Below are positions 35,825 to 44,648 of a stretch of 64,000 bases of DNA, in pieces. The DNA lies in NCBI GenBank assembly GCA_964648485.1, contig CAZYOF010000017.1, positions 3,744-67,743 of the forward strand. Direction: 5' to 3'. Positions within the stretch are counted from its first letter, which is position 1, and each line of letters opens with the position of its first letter. Position numbers and translations under genes: made by a program. A model generated the notes under the pieces. The model was given only the letters and a program-made list of their open reading frames with translations. It did not search any database and had not been told where the DNA came from. The DNA comes from an uncultured Leptolinea sp. (GTDB lineage: Bacteria; Chloroflexota; Anaerolineae; Anaerolineales; Anaerolineaceae).

Positions 35825-38800
35825 TGATATTATACGAATCCGAAATTGAACAAATATCCCTCGAATTACTCCGTGACGAGAACGGCTATGTCATCCTTTA
35901 TGGTCCAGACCTATTAGAAGGCGCCTCTCCCGAGCGTGGTTATAGCGAGGTGGTTCTTAAAAACCGCTTACGCGCTGCCATTAACCTGATTAACCCGCGC
36001 ATTCCAGAGGAAGCGCGTGAAGAAGCCTACAAAAAAGCGTTGCGTACCCAGGCGCTGACTGTAATCGACAACAACGAAGCCTTCCACCACCTGCTAACCG
36101 AAGGCGTGGATGTGAAATTCAGTGTTGGTGATGGCAAAAGCCGCACTGATAAGGTCTGGCTGGTGGACTTCGCGGTTCCGGAGAATAATGAGTTTTTAGC
36201 CGTCAACCAGTTCACCGTGGTGGAAAATAACATCAACAAAAGGCCGGATATCGTCCTCTTCATCAACGGCTTGCCGTTGGTGGTCATCGAACTGAAGAAT
36301 GCTGCTGATGAAAAAGCGGATGTGCAGGCAGCCTTTCACCAGTTACAAACCTACCAACAGGTGATTCCTTCCCTGTTTACATTTACCGCCTTTGAAGTGA
36401 TCAGTGACGGTTGGTTTGCCAAAGCCGGCACCATCTCCAGCGACTATTCCCGCTTCATGGAATGGAAAAGCCTGGACGGCGTCCATGTGGTGGATTCAAA
36501 ACACGAACCCGAACTGGAACCTTTGATCAGGGGGTTGTTAAACAAGACGACACTGCTGGATATCATCCGTCACTTTATCGTTTTTGAAAAGACCAAAGAA
36601 AAAACAATCAAAAAAGTGGCCGCCTACCACCAGTATTTTGCTGTCAATAAAGCCATCATCTCCACCTTGCGCGCCTCAGCTAATGAAAACGGGCATTTCG
36701 CCGCTGAACACCCGGCCGTTTATGGGCTGCCAACTGTCGATCACCAACCCAAAGGCGATAAACGCGCCGGGGTGGTGTGGCACACCCAGGGCAGCGGCAA
36801 GAGCCTTTCCATGGTGTTTTATGCCGGCAAGCTGGTGCTTGCAGAAGAAATGAATAATCCCACTCTGGTGGTGCTGACCGACCGAAATGACCTCGACCAG
36901 CAGCTCTACGAGACGTTCAGCAATTGCCAGCAGTTATTACGCCAGACACCGGTGCAGGCTACCAACCGCGAAGATCTGAAAAAATTGCTTTCGGTGGCTT
37001 CCGGCGGGATTGTCTTTACCACCATTCAAAAATTTTTGCCGGAAGAAAACGGCGGGGTGTATCCAACACTGACCGAACGACGCAACGTGGTTGTCATCGC
37101 GGATGAAGCTCACCGCAGCCAGTACGATTTCATTGACGGCTTTGCCCGGCATATGCGCGATGCTCTGCCGAATGCCTCATTCATCGGGTTTACCGGTACC
37201 CCGATTGAGAAAGAAGATAAAAATACCCAGGCGGTTTTTGGCAATTATGTGGATATCTATGATATTCAGCAGGCTGTGGAAGATGGTGCGACTGTGCGCA
37301 TCTTTTACGAAAGCCGGTTGGCAAAAATTGAACTATCTGCTGCGGATCAAAAAATCCTCGATGAACGCGTTGAAGAAATCACCGAAGATGATGAACTGAC
37401 CGAAAAGCAAAAACGCTTTGCCCGCTGGACTGGCAAGGAAGCCGTGGTGGGAAGCAAAGATCGTATCAAACAGGTGGCAGCGGATATTGTCAGTCATTTT
37501 GAGCAGCGCCTTTCTGCCGCAGAGGGCAAAGGCATGATCGTCTGCATGAGCCGGCGCATCTGTGTTGCACTGCACAAAGAAATTATCAAATTACGCCCTC
37601 AATGGTACAGCCCGGAGGATGACAAAGGCGCCATTAAAATCGTAATGACCGGCTCAGCCAGTGATCCACTCGATTGGCAGGAGCATATCCGCAATAAAGA
37701 TCGGCGCAAGGCCATTGGCAATCGTCTGAAAGACCCCAACGATACGCTCAAGCTGATCATTGTCCGGGATATGTTCCTGACCGGTTTTGATGCGCCTTGC
37801 CTGCACACCATGTATATTGATAAACCCATGAACGGGCATACCCTCATGCAGGCTATCGCCCGGGTCAACCGGGTCTTTGGCGACAAAGAAGGCGGGCTGA
37901 TTGTCGATTACATCGGCATCGCCCAGGATTTAAAAAATGCGCTTTTAGTGTATGCTGCCAGCCAGGGCAAAGGACAGATCACCTTCGATCAGGAAGAAGC
38001 AGTCGCCAAGATGCTGGAATATTATGAAATCGTGGTGGATATGTTCGGGCGTTTTGATTATCGTCGCTATTTCGCATTGGAACCCAAGAAAAAACTCACC
38101 TTCATCCTTGACGCAGCCAATTACATTGCCGACCTGTCTGAAGTAAAAGAGGGCACAACTATCCGCAATGGGAAAGAGAGATTCAAGGAGAACGTCATTA
38201 AGTTACAAAAGGCCTTTGGTTTGGCAGTTCCGCACCCCAAAGCGCTCGAAATCCGCGATGATCTGGCTTTTTTTCAGGCGATCAAAGCCCGTTTCACCAA
38301 GTTTGACGAGACAACAAAGACGCGCACGAACGAAGAAATCGAAACGGCCATCCGGCAAATTATTAATGACGCAATTATTTCCAGTGAAGTCATCGATGTC
38401 TTCGATGCCGCCGGCATTCGCAAACCGGATATTTCCATCCTTTCGGATGAGTTTTTGTCCGAGATTCAGGGCATGGAACGTCGAAATCTGGCGCTTGAAC
38501 TGCTCAAACGATTGCTCAACGATGAGATAAAAACCCGAGGACAAATGAATATGGTCCAGGGACGCAAATTCTCTGAAATGCTGGCGGAAGCAGTGAAACG
38601 CTATCAGAATGGATTAATTGATTCGGCTAAGATCATTGAAGAATTAATTCTATTGGCGAAGGATATCCGCGCAGCGGATCAACGCGGCGAAAAGTTGAAT
38701 CTCCGCCAGGATGAATTGGCCTTTTACGACGCTCTTGCAGATAACCCAAATGCTGAAAATCTGCTTGGTGATCAAATCCTGAAGCAAATCGCCCACGAGC

Positions 38801-39003
38801 TCACCGAAAGCGTTAGGAATAATACTTCAATCGACTGGCAATATAAGCAGAGTGTGCAGGCAAAATTGCGGGTATTAGTGAAGCGTATATTACGGAAATA
38901 CAAATATCCACCGGATGATCCGGCGACTGGCGAATATACAATATCTGTAAATAAAGTATTGGATCAGGCAACTCAATTAGCAGGTTTTTGGGCTGGTCAA
39001 TAA
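35821..39003 (+). CDS. hsdR: Type I restriction-modification system, restriction/translocase subunit
   Basis: N-terminal PD-(D/E)xK nuclease ([19 protein letters not shown]). SF2 helicase motifs ([17 protein letters not shown]). 1060 aa. Confidence 0.95.
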   Translation: MMILYESEIEQISLELLRDENGYVILYGPDLLEGASPERGYSEVVLKNRLRAAINLINPRIPEEAREEAYKKALRTQALTVIDNNEAFHHLLTEGVDVKFSVGDGKSRTDKVWLVDFAVPENNEFLAVNQFTVVENNINKRPDIVLFINGLPLVVIELKNAADEKADVQAAFHQLQTYQQVIPSLFTFTAFEVISDGWFAKAGTISSDYSRFMEWKSLDGVHVVDSKHEPELEPLIRGLLNKTTLLDIIRHFIVFEKTKEKTIKKVAAYHQYFAVNKAIISTLRASANENGHFAAEHPAVYGLPTVDHQPKGDKRAGVVWHTQGSGKSLSMVFYAGKLVLAEEMNNPTLVVLTDRNDLDQQLYETFSNCQQLLRQTPVQATNREDLKKLLSVASGGIVFTTIQKFLPEENGGVYPTLTERRNVVVIADEAHRSQYDFIDGFARHMRDALPNASFIGFTGTPIEKEDKNTQAVFGNYVDIYDIQQAVEDGATVRIFYESRLAKIELSAADQKILDERVEEITEDDELTEKQKRFARWTGKEAVVGSKDRIKQVAADIVSHFEQRLSAAEGKGMIVCMSRRICVALHKEIIKLRPQWYSPEDDKGAIKIVMTGSASDPLDWQEHIRNKDRRKAIGNRLKDPNDTLKLIIVRDMFLTGFDAPCLHTMYIDKPMNGHTLMQAIARVNRVFGDKEGGLIVDYIGIAQDLKNALLVYAASQGKGQITFDQEEAVAKMLEYYEIVVDMFGRFDYRRYFALEPKKKLTFILDAANYIADLSEVKEGTTIRNGKERFKENVIKLQKAFGLAVPHPKALEIRDDLAFFQAIKARFTKFDETTKTRTNEEIETAIRQIINDAIISSEVIDVFDAAGIRKPDISILSDEFLSEIQGMERRNLALELLKRLLNDEIKTRGQMNMVQGRKFSEMLAEAVKRYQNGLIDSAKIIEELILLAKDIRAADQRGEKLNLRQDELAFYDALADNPNAENLLGDQILKQIAHELTESVRNNTSIDWQYKQSVQAKLRVLVKRILRKYKYPPDDPATGEYTISVNKVLDQATQLAGFWAGQ

Positions 39004-39045
39004 ATTAGAATTAATACCTAACTTTCCAAGAACAGGGGCGAGTCA

Positions 39046-39297
39046 TTACACTCCCCAGCGCAGCGGGTTGTGGATGATGTATTCGCGGATGCGCGCTAAA
39101 TCCGCTTCGCCGCGGATGATATGCTCATAATAATTGCGCTGCCAGATCGGCGTGCCCTGGGTATCGTTGATCTCTTTGATCCGTTTGGTGACGGCGGATT
39201 TGTATGCCCGGACGATCGTGGGGAGGGTCGTTGGGGCGCAGCGCGCTGCGCCCGTACGAGGGGCGCTAGTTGGGGTACAGCGTGCTGTGCCCGTACG
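39046..39297 (-). pseudogene. 3' fragment of an IS200/IS605-family Y1 (RAYT-like) transposase gene
   Basis: Hand translation of the minus strand gives RTGTARCTPTSAPRTGAARCAPTTLPTIVRAYKSAVTKRIKEINDTQGTPIWQRNYYEHIIRGEADLARIREYIIHNPLRWGV*. The motif WQRNYYEHIIR..YI..NP is the conserved C-terminal block of this family. The HUH-containing N-terminal half is absent. Confidence 0.7.
39231..39297. repeat. Two REP-like GC-rich palindromic units (40-nt period)
   Basis: gggcgcagcgcgctgcgccc (39234-39253) is a perfect 20-nt palindrome. gggtacagcgtgctgtgccc (39273-39292) is an imperfect copy. Each is preceded by tt/g and followed by gtacg. Confidence 0.75.
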
Positions 39298-42200
39298 CTA
39301 GGGCGCGATTTTTTCGAGCACAGCCAGCAGAGTCTCCTGCCAGGCGGCATCCGCCGGGTCGAAGGGCAGCCAGTAGGCGTTCTTGCCGGCGCGGGCAAGC
39401 GTGCCCAGGTTGGGCAGGTTGCGCTGGGTGATGCCCTCGGGCAGGGGAGGGTAGCGCAGCACGATCTGTCCGCTTTCGGCGCTGATCGATGCCAGGCGGG
39501 CGCTTTCTGCCAGCAGCTTTACCTTGATCTGGTACAGCAGGTTGCGCACGGTTTCGGGCGGCTCGCCAAAGCGGTCTGTAAATTCACCCTGCAGCTCATC
39601 CACACCGGCGGCGTTATCCAGATCTGCCATGCGGCGGTAGAGCTTGAGACGCATGCCCATATCGGGCACGTAACTTTCGGGGATCTCGACCGCCAGCGGC
39701 AGATCCACCTGCACTGGCAAGCCAATCTCCTTCTCGAGCAGCGGGGCGGTGGATTCAGAATCGGGCATGCCGCGCAGGTTGCGCTGCATCTTCACCGCCG
39801 AAGCCAGCAGGCGGGTGTATAGATGAAAGCCGACCGTGGCTATGTATCCGCTCTGGCGGCTGCCGAGCAGTTCGCCCGCGCCGCGCATTTCGAGGTCGCG
39901 CATGGCAATGGAATAACCCGCGCCCAGCTGGGTGTTCTCGGCGATCACCTCGAGCCGTTCCTGCCCTTCGAGCGTGGGCGCGCGGTGTTTGTGGCGGAAG
40001 AAGTACGCGTAGGCGCGCTGGGCGCCGCGTCCCACCCGTCCGCGCAGCTGGTAGAGCTGCGCCAAGCCAAAGGTGTCGGCGCGGTCCACGATGAGCGTGT
40101 TCGCGTTGGGGATATCCAACCCCGATTCGATGATGGAGGTGCACAGCAGCACATCGATCTCTCCGGCGGTGAACTGCTGCATCACGCGCGAGAGCGCGCC
40201 TTCCTCCATCTGCCCGTGACCGATGCCGATACGCGCTTCGGGCAGCAGCTTTTTCAGGTGCATCATCATCGCCGGGATGGTCTGCACGCGGTTGTGGAGG
40301 AAGAAAACCTGTCCGCCGCGTTCGAGTTCGCGGCTGATCGCCTGCTTCACCAGGCGGGGAGAGTACGGTCCCACGTGGGTGATGATGGGCAGGCGCTCGT
40401 CGGGCGGGGTGTTGATGGTGGAGATGTCGCGTACGCCGGTCAGCGCCATGTAGAGCGTGCGGGGGATGGGTGTGGCGGTGAGCGTGAGCACATCCACTTC
40501 GGTGCGCAGCTTTTTGAGATGCTCCTTGTGGGTCACGCCGAAGCGCTGCTCTTCATCGATGATCACCAGCCCGAGGTCTTTGAAGCTGACATCCTCGCTG
40601 ATGAGGCGGTGGGTGCCGATGACGATATCCACCTGCCCGAGCATGAGTTTGCGGATGATCTCATCCTGTTCGCGGGCAGAGCGGAAGCGCGAGAGCATCT
40701 CAACATTGGCGGGGAAGGGCTGCAAGCGCTGGCGGAAGGTCTCATAATGCTGCTGCGCCAGAACGGTGGTGGGCACGAGCACGGCAACCTGTTTGCCATC
40801 CATCACCGCTTTGAAGGCGGCGCGCAGGGCAACCTCGGTTTTGCCGTAGCCTACATCCCCGCACAAGAGCCGGTCCATGGGGCGGGCGTTCTCCATATCG
40901 CGCTTCACGGCAGTAATGGCATCCATCTGGTCGGGCGTCTCCACATAGGGGAAGCTGCCCTCGAGCTCAAACTGCCAGGCGCTGTCTTTGGAGAAGGAGA
41001 AACCCTTCGCCACCTGGCGCTCGGCGTACAGGTCGAGCAGGTCCTGCGCAATCTCTTCCACCGCGCCGCGAACCTTGCTCTTGGTGTGCATCCACTCCTG
41101 GCTGCCGAGGCGCGAGAGGGCGGGGCGCTGGTTGCTGGTGCCGATGTAGCGGGTGAGCCTGTCCGCCTGGGGGATGGGGACGAAGAGCTGGTCGCCGCCG
41201 TCGTAATCGATGGCGATAAACTCGCGGGTGATATTGTCGATGGTGCGCCGCACGAGCCCCTGGAAGATGCCGATGCCGTGATCCATGTGCACCACCAGGT
41301 CGCCGATCTGAAAGTCGCCATATTGGGCTTCGGGCGCCTCCACGGTGTGGATCTGCTTGCGGCGCGGCTGGGGTTTTTCCCAGCCGAATACCTCGCTGTC
41401 GGTGTAGAGGAAGACGGGCTTGCCATCTTCCTGGTAGTGAATGAAGCCAGAGAGCAGGCTGCCATCCATAAATTCGGGCTGGGTGAGGGGCACATCCACC
41501 AGGTGGGTGCGCTCATTCCACAATTCGTACAGGCGCGGGCGCTGGCGGGTGATGATGGTCTGCTGAAAGCCCTTGCTGGCGGCATCGAAGAGCGCATCGA
41601 TGAAGGCAGGCTGGCGTCCGGCAAAACGCTGGTTCGCCTGGAAGGCATCTGCCAGAGGAGAGGATTCGCCGCCGGTACCGAAACCCAGATCCACGGCGGG
41701 GTTGCTGCCGATCGAATCCTGTATCTCAGACCAGGTCAGGTAGGGCACGGGGTAGCTGGAGGGCAGATCCCCTGCCCAGACAGCTTCGTTGCGGTTGCCC
41801 ACCGCTTCCTCTTCGATGAGGGTCACGGCGCTTTCGAGCTTGGCGGAATCATCCAGAATGACGAGTGTTCCGCGCGGCAGGTAATCGAGCAGGGAAGAGG
41901 GGAACGCGTGCAGCAGCGCCAGGTGGAACTCGGTGTAAGGTTGTCCCTGCATCTCGGGGTCAGGGGTGAGCGGCTGGAGGAACTCGCGCGCGGGGGGCAG
42001 CAGGTATTTTTCGAGCGGCTGGATGGCGCGCTGGCTGGCGGGGTCGAAGAGCTTGATGGTATCGACCTCGTCGCCGAAGTAATCGAGCCGGATGGGATGG
42101 TCGGCGGTCATGGACCAGATATCGAGGATGCCGCCGCGGCGGGCGAACTGCCCGGGTTCGGCAACAATCTCCACCGCCTCGTAACCGAGCGTAACCAGCT

Positions 42201-42678
42201 GCTGGAGCAGCTTCTCCTGCGGCAGGCTCATCCCACGGGTGAGGCGCGCCAGCGCCTTGAGGAAGTCGCGGCGCGGCATCGAGCGGGTCATCACCGCCTT
42301 GGCGGAGGCGAAAATGAGTGGGTGGCTTTGCGGATTGCCACCCGGTAAATGGTATTCTGCCAGTGCTGTTAGGGTTTGCAGCCGGTCACGGCGGGTTTGG
42401 GCTCCCCAGGGGTCTTTTTCATAGAAGAGAGAATTGGGTTCAGCGAAGATCACCCGCTGCAGGTTCGGCTGCCAGAAGCCGGCTTCATCATAGTAAGTAG
42501 TCACGCGGTCCATGCGGTCGGTGATCACCAGCACCGGGGTGGGGGAATCCGCTGCGAGGGCAGCCATGAGCAGCGGGCGGGCGGATCGCAGCAGCGCCAG
42601 CGGAGGGGAACTCACCCCGCTCTGGATCTGCTTCAGTAGATTGCGGTATGCAGAATGGCTCTGGAGATGTTCAAGCAT
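39298..42678 (-). CDS. mfd: Transcription-repair coupling factor
   Basis: 1126 aa with a UvrB-homology N-terminus, a CarD-like domain, SF2 helicase motifs (GDVGYGKTEVA, IIDEEQRFGV) and a TRG region. Very GC-rich; the line 40021-40080 counts at 73% G+C. Confidence 0.95.
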   Translation of the reverse strand: MLEHLQSHSAYRNLLKQIQSGVSSPPLALLRSARPLLMAALAADSPTPVLVITDRMDRVTTYYDEAGFWQPNLQRVIFAEPNSLFYEKDPWGAQTRRDRLQTLTALAEYHLPGGNPQSHPLIFASAKAVMTRSMPRRDFLKALARLTRGMSLPQEKLLQQLVTLGYEAVEIVAEPGQFARRGGILDIWSMTADHPIRLDYFGDEVDTIKLFDPASQRAIQPLEKYLLPPAREFLQPLTPDPEMQGQPYTEFHLALLHAFPSSLLDYLPRGTLVILDDSAKLESAVTLIEEEAVGNRNEAVWAGDLPSSYPVPYLTWSEIQDSIGSNPAVDLGFGTGGESSPLADAFQANQRFAGRQPAFIDALFDAASKGFQQTIITRQRPRLYELWNERTHLVDVPLTQPEFMDGSLLSGFIHYQEDGKPVFLYTDSEVFGWEKPQPRRKQIHTVEAPEAQYGDFQIGDLVVHMDHGIGIFQGLVRRTIDNITREFIAIDYDGGDQLFVPIPQADRLTRYIGTSNQRPALSRLGSQEWMHTKSKVRGAVEEIAQDLLDLYAERQVAKGFSFSKDSAWQFELEGSFPYVETPDQMDAITAVKRDMENARPMDRLLCGDVGYGKTEVALRAAFKAVMDGKQVAVLVPTTVLAQQHYETFRQRLQPFPANVEMLSRFRSAREQDEIIRKLMLGQVDIVIGTHRLISEDVSFKDLGLVIIDEEQRFGVTHKEHLKKLRTEVDVLTLTATPIPRTLYMALTGVRDISTINTPPDERLPIITHVGPYSPRLVKQAISRELERGGQVFFLHNRVQTIPAMMMHLKKLLPEARIGIGHGQMEEGALSRVMQQFTAGEIDVLLCTSIIESGLDIPNANTLIVDRADTFGLAQLYQLRGRVGRGAQRAYAYFFRHKHRAPTLEGQERLEVIAENTQLGAGYSIAMRDLEMRGAGELLGSRQSGYIATVGFHLYTRLLASAVKMQRNLRGMPDSESTAPLLEKEIGLPVQVDLPLAVEIPESYVPDMGMRLKLYRRMADLDNAAGVDELQGEFTDRFGEPPETVRNLLYQIKVKLLAESARLASISAESGQIVLRYPPLPEGITQRNLPNLGTLARAGKNAYWLPFDPADAAWQETLLAVLEKIAP

Positions 42679-42681
42679 ACT

Positions 42682-43284
42682 TTACGCTTCTCCCATCACC
42701 TCACCGTTGTAGGTGTTCATGGCTTTGTCGAGTCCTTCGAGCACGAAGGTCCGCGCCGCCTGGCTGGCTTCGGCGATCACTTTCTCCATGACAGGCTGAT
42801 CCGCTTTTGGGAAGTCTTGCAGCACGTAGTCGGCGGCTTCCATGCGACCGGGAGGTCTGCCCACGCCGATGCGCAGACGGGGGAAGGCTTGTGTACCCAG
42901 CTTTTCGATGATGGAAGCCAGACCGCGCTGTCCGGCGGATCCACCCCCGGGGCGGATGCGGATGGTACCCACCGGCAGGTCGATATCGTCGTGGATGACG
43001 ATCATCTGCTCGAGGGGGATGCGGTAGAAGCGCAGCAGGGAGGTGACGCTCTGCCCGGAAAGGTTCATGAAGGTCTGCGGCTTGACCAGAATCAGCTTGC
43101 GCCCATCCACGAGGGCAGTACCTATGAGAGCTTTACTCTGCACTTTGGAAAGACGGATGGAGAGATCCACGGCAAGTTTGTCGATGGTCATGAAGCCGAT
43201 GTTGTGGCGGGTGTGCTTGTACTCGCGTCCGGGGTTGCCCAGTCCGACGATCAGGTAGTTGTTGGAAGGTTGTTCAGGTAGCAT
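42682..43284 (-). CDS. pth: Peptidyl-tRNA hydrolase
   Basis: LIVGLGNPGREYKHTRHNIGF signature. 200 aa. It lies 3 nt upstream of mfd. Confidence 0.95.
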   Translation of the reverse strand: MLPEQPSNNYLIVGLGNPGREYKHTRHNIGFMTIDKLAVDLSIRLSKVQSKALIGTALVDGRKLILVKPQTFMNLSGQSVTSLLRFYRIPLEQMIVIHDDIDLPVGTIRIRPGGGSAGQRGLASIIEKLGTQAFPRLRIGVGRPPGRMEAADYVLQDFPKADQPVMEKVIAEASQAARTFVLEGLDKAMNTYNGEVMGEA

Positions 43285-43286
43285 GG

Positions 43287-43895
43287 TTATGATCCGGGGT
43301 TGCGTTTGTTGAATATGAGTGCCAGTCCGACCGCGAGAATGATTCCAATGCCCAGAGAGATGATTATGAGCCTCTGTAACCCTGCCTGGGTGAGGGCAGC
43401 CGGGTTGGGCGCTGCTGGTTTTGCGGTTGCGCCGCTGGGGAGCAGGCTCGGCTTGGTGGGCTGCTCTGTGATGGCGGTTTGCGGTTCTGCCGGATTGGGT
43501 GTAACTGTTTCCATCGTGGAATAGTTCCGTACCCGTATGCCGCTGACGATGTGCTCGCTGATCTCACCACCGCTGAAATATACGCGTAAACGGAGGGAAT
43601 AGTTGCCATCGGATATGGAGGTGGTATCCCAGCTACCAAGCAGCCCTTCTTCGGCGGGTCTTTCGGCTGAAGCGATGGGCAGCCAACCGGCAACTTCCCT
43701 GCCGGTGAAAGCAAATTCCAGGTCGTAACGGGTGTATCCGGTAGCTTTGATGTATCCGGTTACCAATACCTGTCCTTTTACCCCTTCACCATCCACAGGA
43801 GAGAGGATGGCGACATCGCCACCCTGTCCACTGGCGGCGTGGAAGGGTAAAACGAATAAAATAACGACCAGGAGGGAAGAAAAAAGTGCTTTCAT
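43287..43895 (-). CDS. Secreted, C-terminally membrane-anchored protein with an Ig-like domain; function unknown
   Basis: Signal peptide, a beta-rich about 100-aa domain, a Pro/Thr/Ala-rich linker, a C-terminal TM helix and a basic tail. Confidence 0.5.
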   Translation of the reverse strand: MKALFSSLLVVILFVLPFHAASGQGGDVAILSPVDGEGVKGQVLVTGYIKATGYTRYDLEFAFTGREVAGWLPIASAERPAEEGLLGSWDTTSISDGNYSLRLRVYFSGGEISEHIVSGIRVRNYSTMETVTPNPAEPQTAITEQPTKPSLLPSGATAKPAAPNPAALTQAGLQRLIIISLGIGIILAVGLALIFNKRNPGS

Positions 43896-43967
43896 CGCAA
43901 TCTGTTAGTTTACACCATCGGCAAAAAGATTGCAAATTCCCCCCTTACAAACAGAACGCCGCCTTTG

Positions 43968-43995
43968 TTGACAGGGCAATCTGCTGATATATAAT
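43968..43995 (+). promoter_or_regulatory. Sigma70-like promoter of the PadR-family gene
   Basis: TTGACA (43968-43973), 16-nt spacer, TATAAT (43990-43995), 22 nt before the ATG at 44018. Confidence 0.55.
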
Positions 43996-44017
43996 ATTCA
44001 ATAATTGAGTATTTATC

Positions 44018-44557
44018 ATGCCAAGAAACGTTCAACCTCTTTCCGTGGAATTTATCCTTTTGGGAGTATTGATGCAGAAACCCATGCATGGATACGACCT
44101 CTTCAAGTATCTGAACACCGATTGCGTGCTCAACCAGATCTGGAATATCAAGCAGAGCCTGTTGTACGCCATGCTCGATAAGCTGGAGGAAATGGGTCTC
44201 ATCCGAGCAGAACTGCTCAACACGGGAACTCTGCCGGTGAAAAGGGAGTTCCACATTACCGGGAAAGGCGAGAATCTCTTCTGGGAGTGGGTGAACACAC
44301 CTGTCGAGCATCCACGGGAGATGCGGATAGAATTTCTTGCCAAGGTGACCTTTCTGCAAATATTAGACCGCCAGAAATGTGCCGATTTGCTTGCTACTCA
44401 AAAAGATGTAGCGCAAAGTTGGCTGGAGGGTCTGCATCAACGCATGGCTGAAGAAGAGAGTGATATCCCCGGTAAAATGGTGATGGATTACAAGCAATCG
44501 CAGATCGAGGCGATGATCACCTGGCTGGATTTCAATTTGAAAAACATGCACGGTTGA
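44018..44557 (+). CDS. PadR-family transcriptional regulator
   Basis: wHTH pattern LLGVLMQKPMHGYDLFKYL......W.IKQSLLYAMLDKLEEMGLI. Confidence 0.8.
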   Translation: MPRNVQPLSVEFILLGVLMQKPMHGYDLFKYLNTDCVLNQIWNIKQSLLYAMLDKLEEMGLIRAELLNTGTLPVKREFHITGKGENLFWEWVNTPVEHPREMRIEFLAKVTFLQILDRQKCADLLATQKDVAQSWLEGLHQRMAEEESDIPGKMVMDYKQSQIEAMITWLDFNLKNMHG

Positions 44558-44648
44558 GCCGGGAGAATTTTAACGGTTGATTGCAGCCCTATCTGGAACA
44601 GGATACAATTAACCCTATTCAATCTTTGAAAGAATACTAAAGAAAACT

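Noticed and set aside
39096-39822. Track ORFs 39096..39398 (minus, 100 aa) and 39121..39822 (plus, 233 aa) in the hsdR-mfd junction.
   Set aside because: These are wrong frames. The only frame with recognisable homology in 39046-39297 is the RAYT-like C-terminal fragment, and beyond 39298 the sequence belongs to mfd.
39823-42348. 841-aa ORF on the plus strand, plus several 60-250-aa ORFs on both strands between 39.1 and 43.3 kb.
   Set aside because: It lies entirely antisense to mfd, whose translation carries unmistakable conserved motifs. The antisense product is Ala/Gly/Arg/His-rich low-complexity sequence, and stop-free antisense frames are expected at this G+C level.
43910-44359. 149-aa and 103-aa minus-strand ORFs overlapping the PadR gene.
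   Set aside because: The plus-strand PadR frame has the family wHTH signature and a consensus promoter. The minus-strand ORFs have neither.
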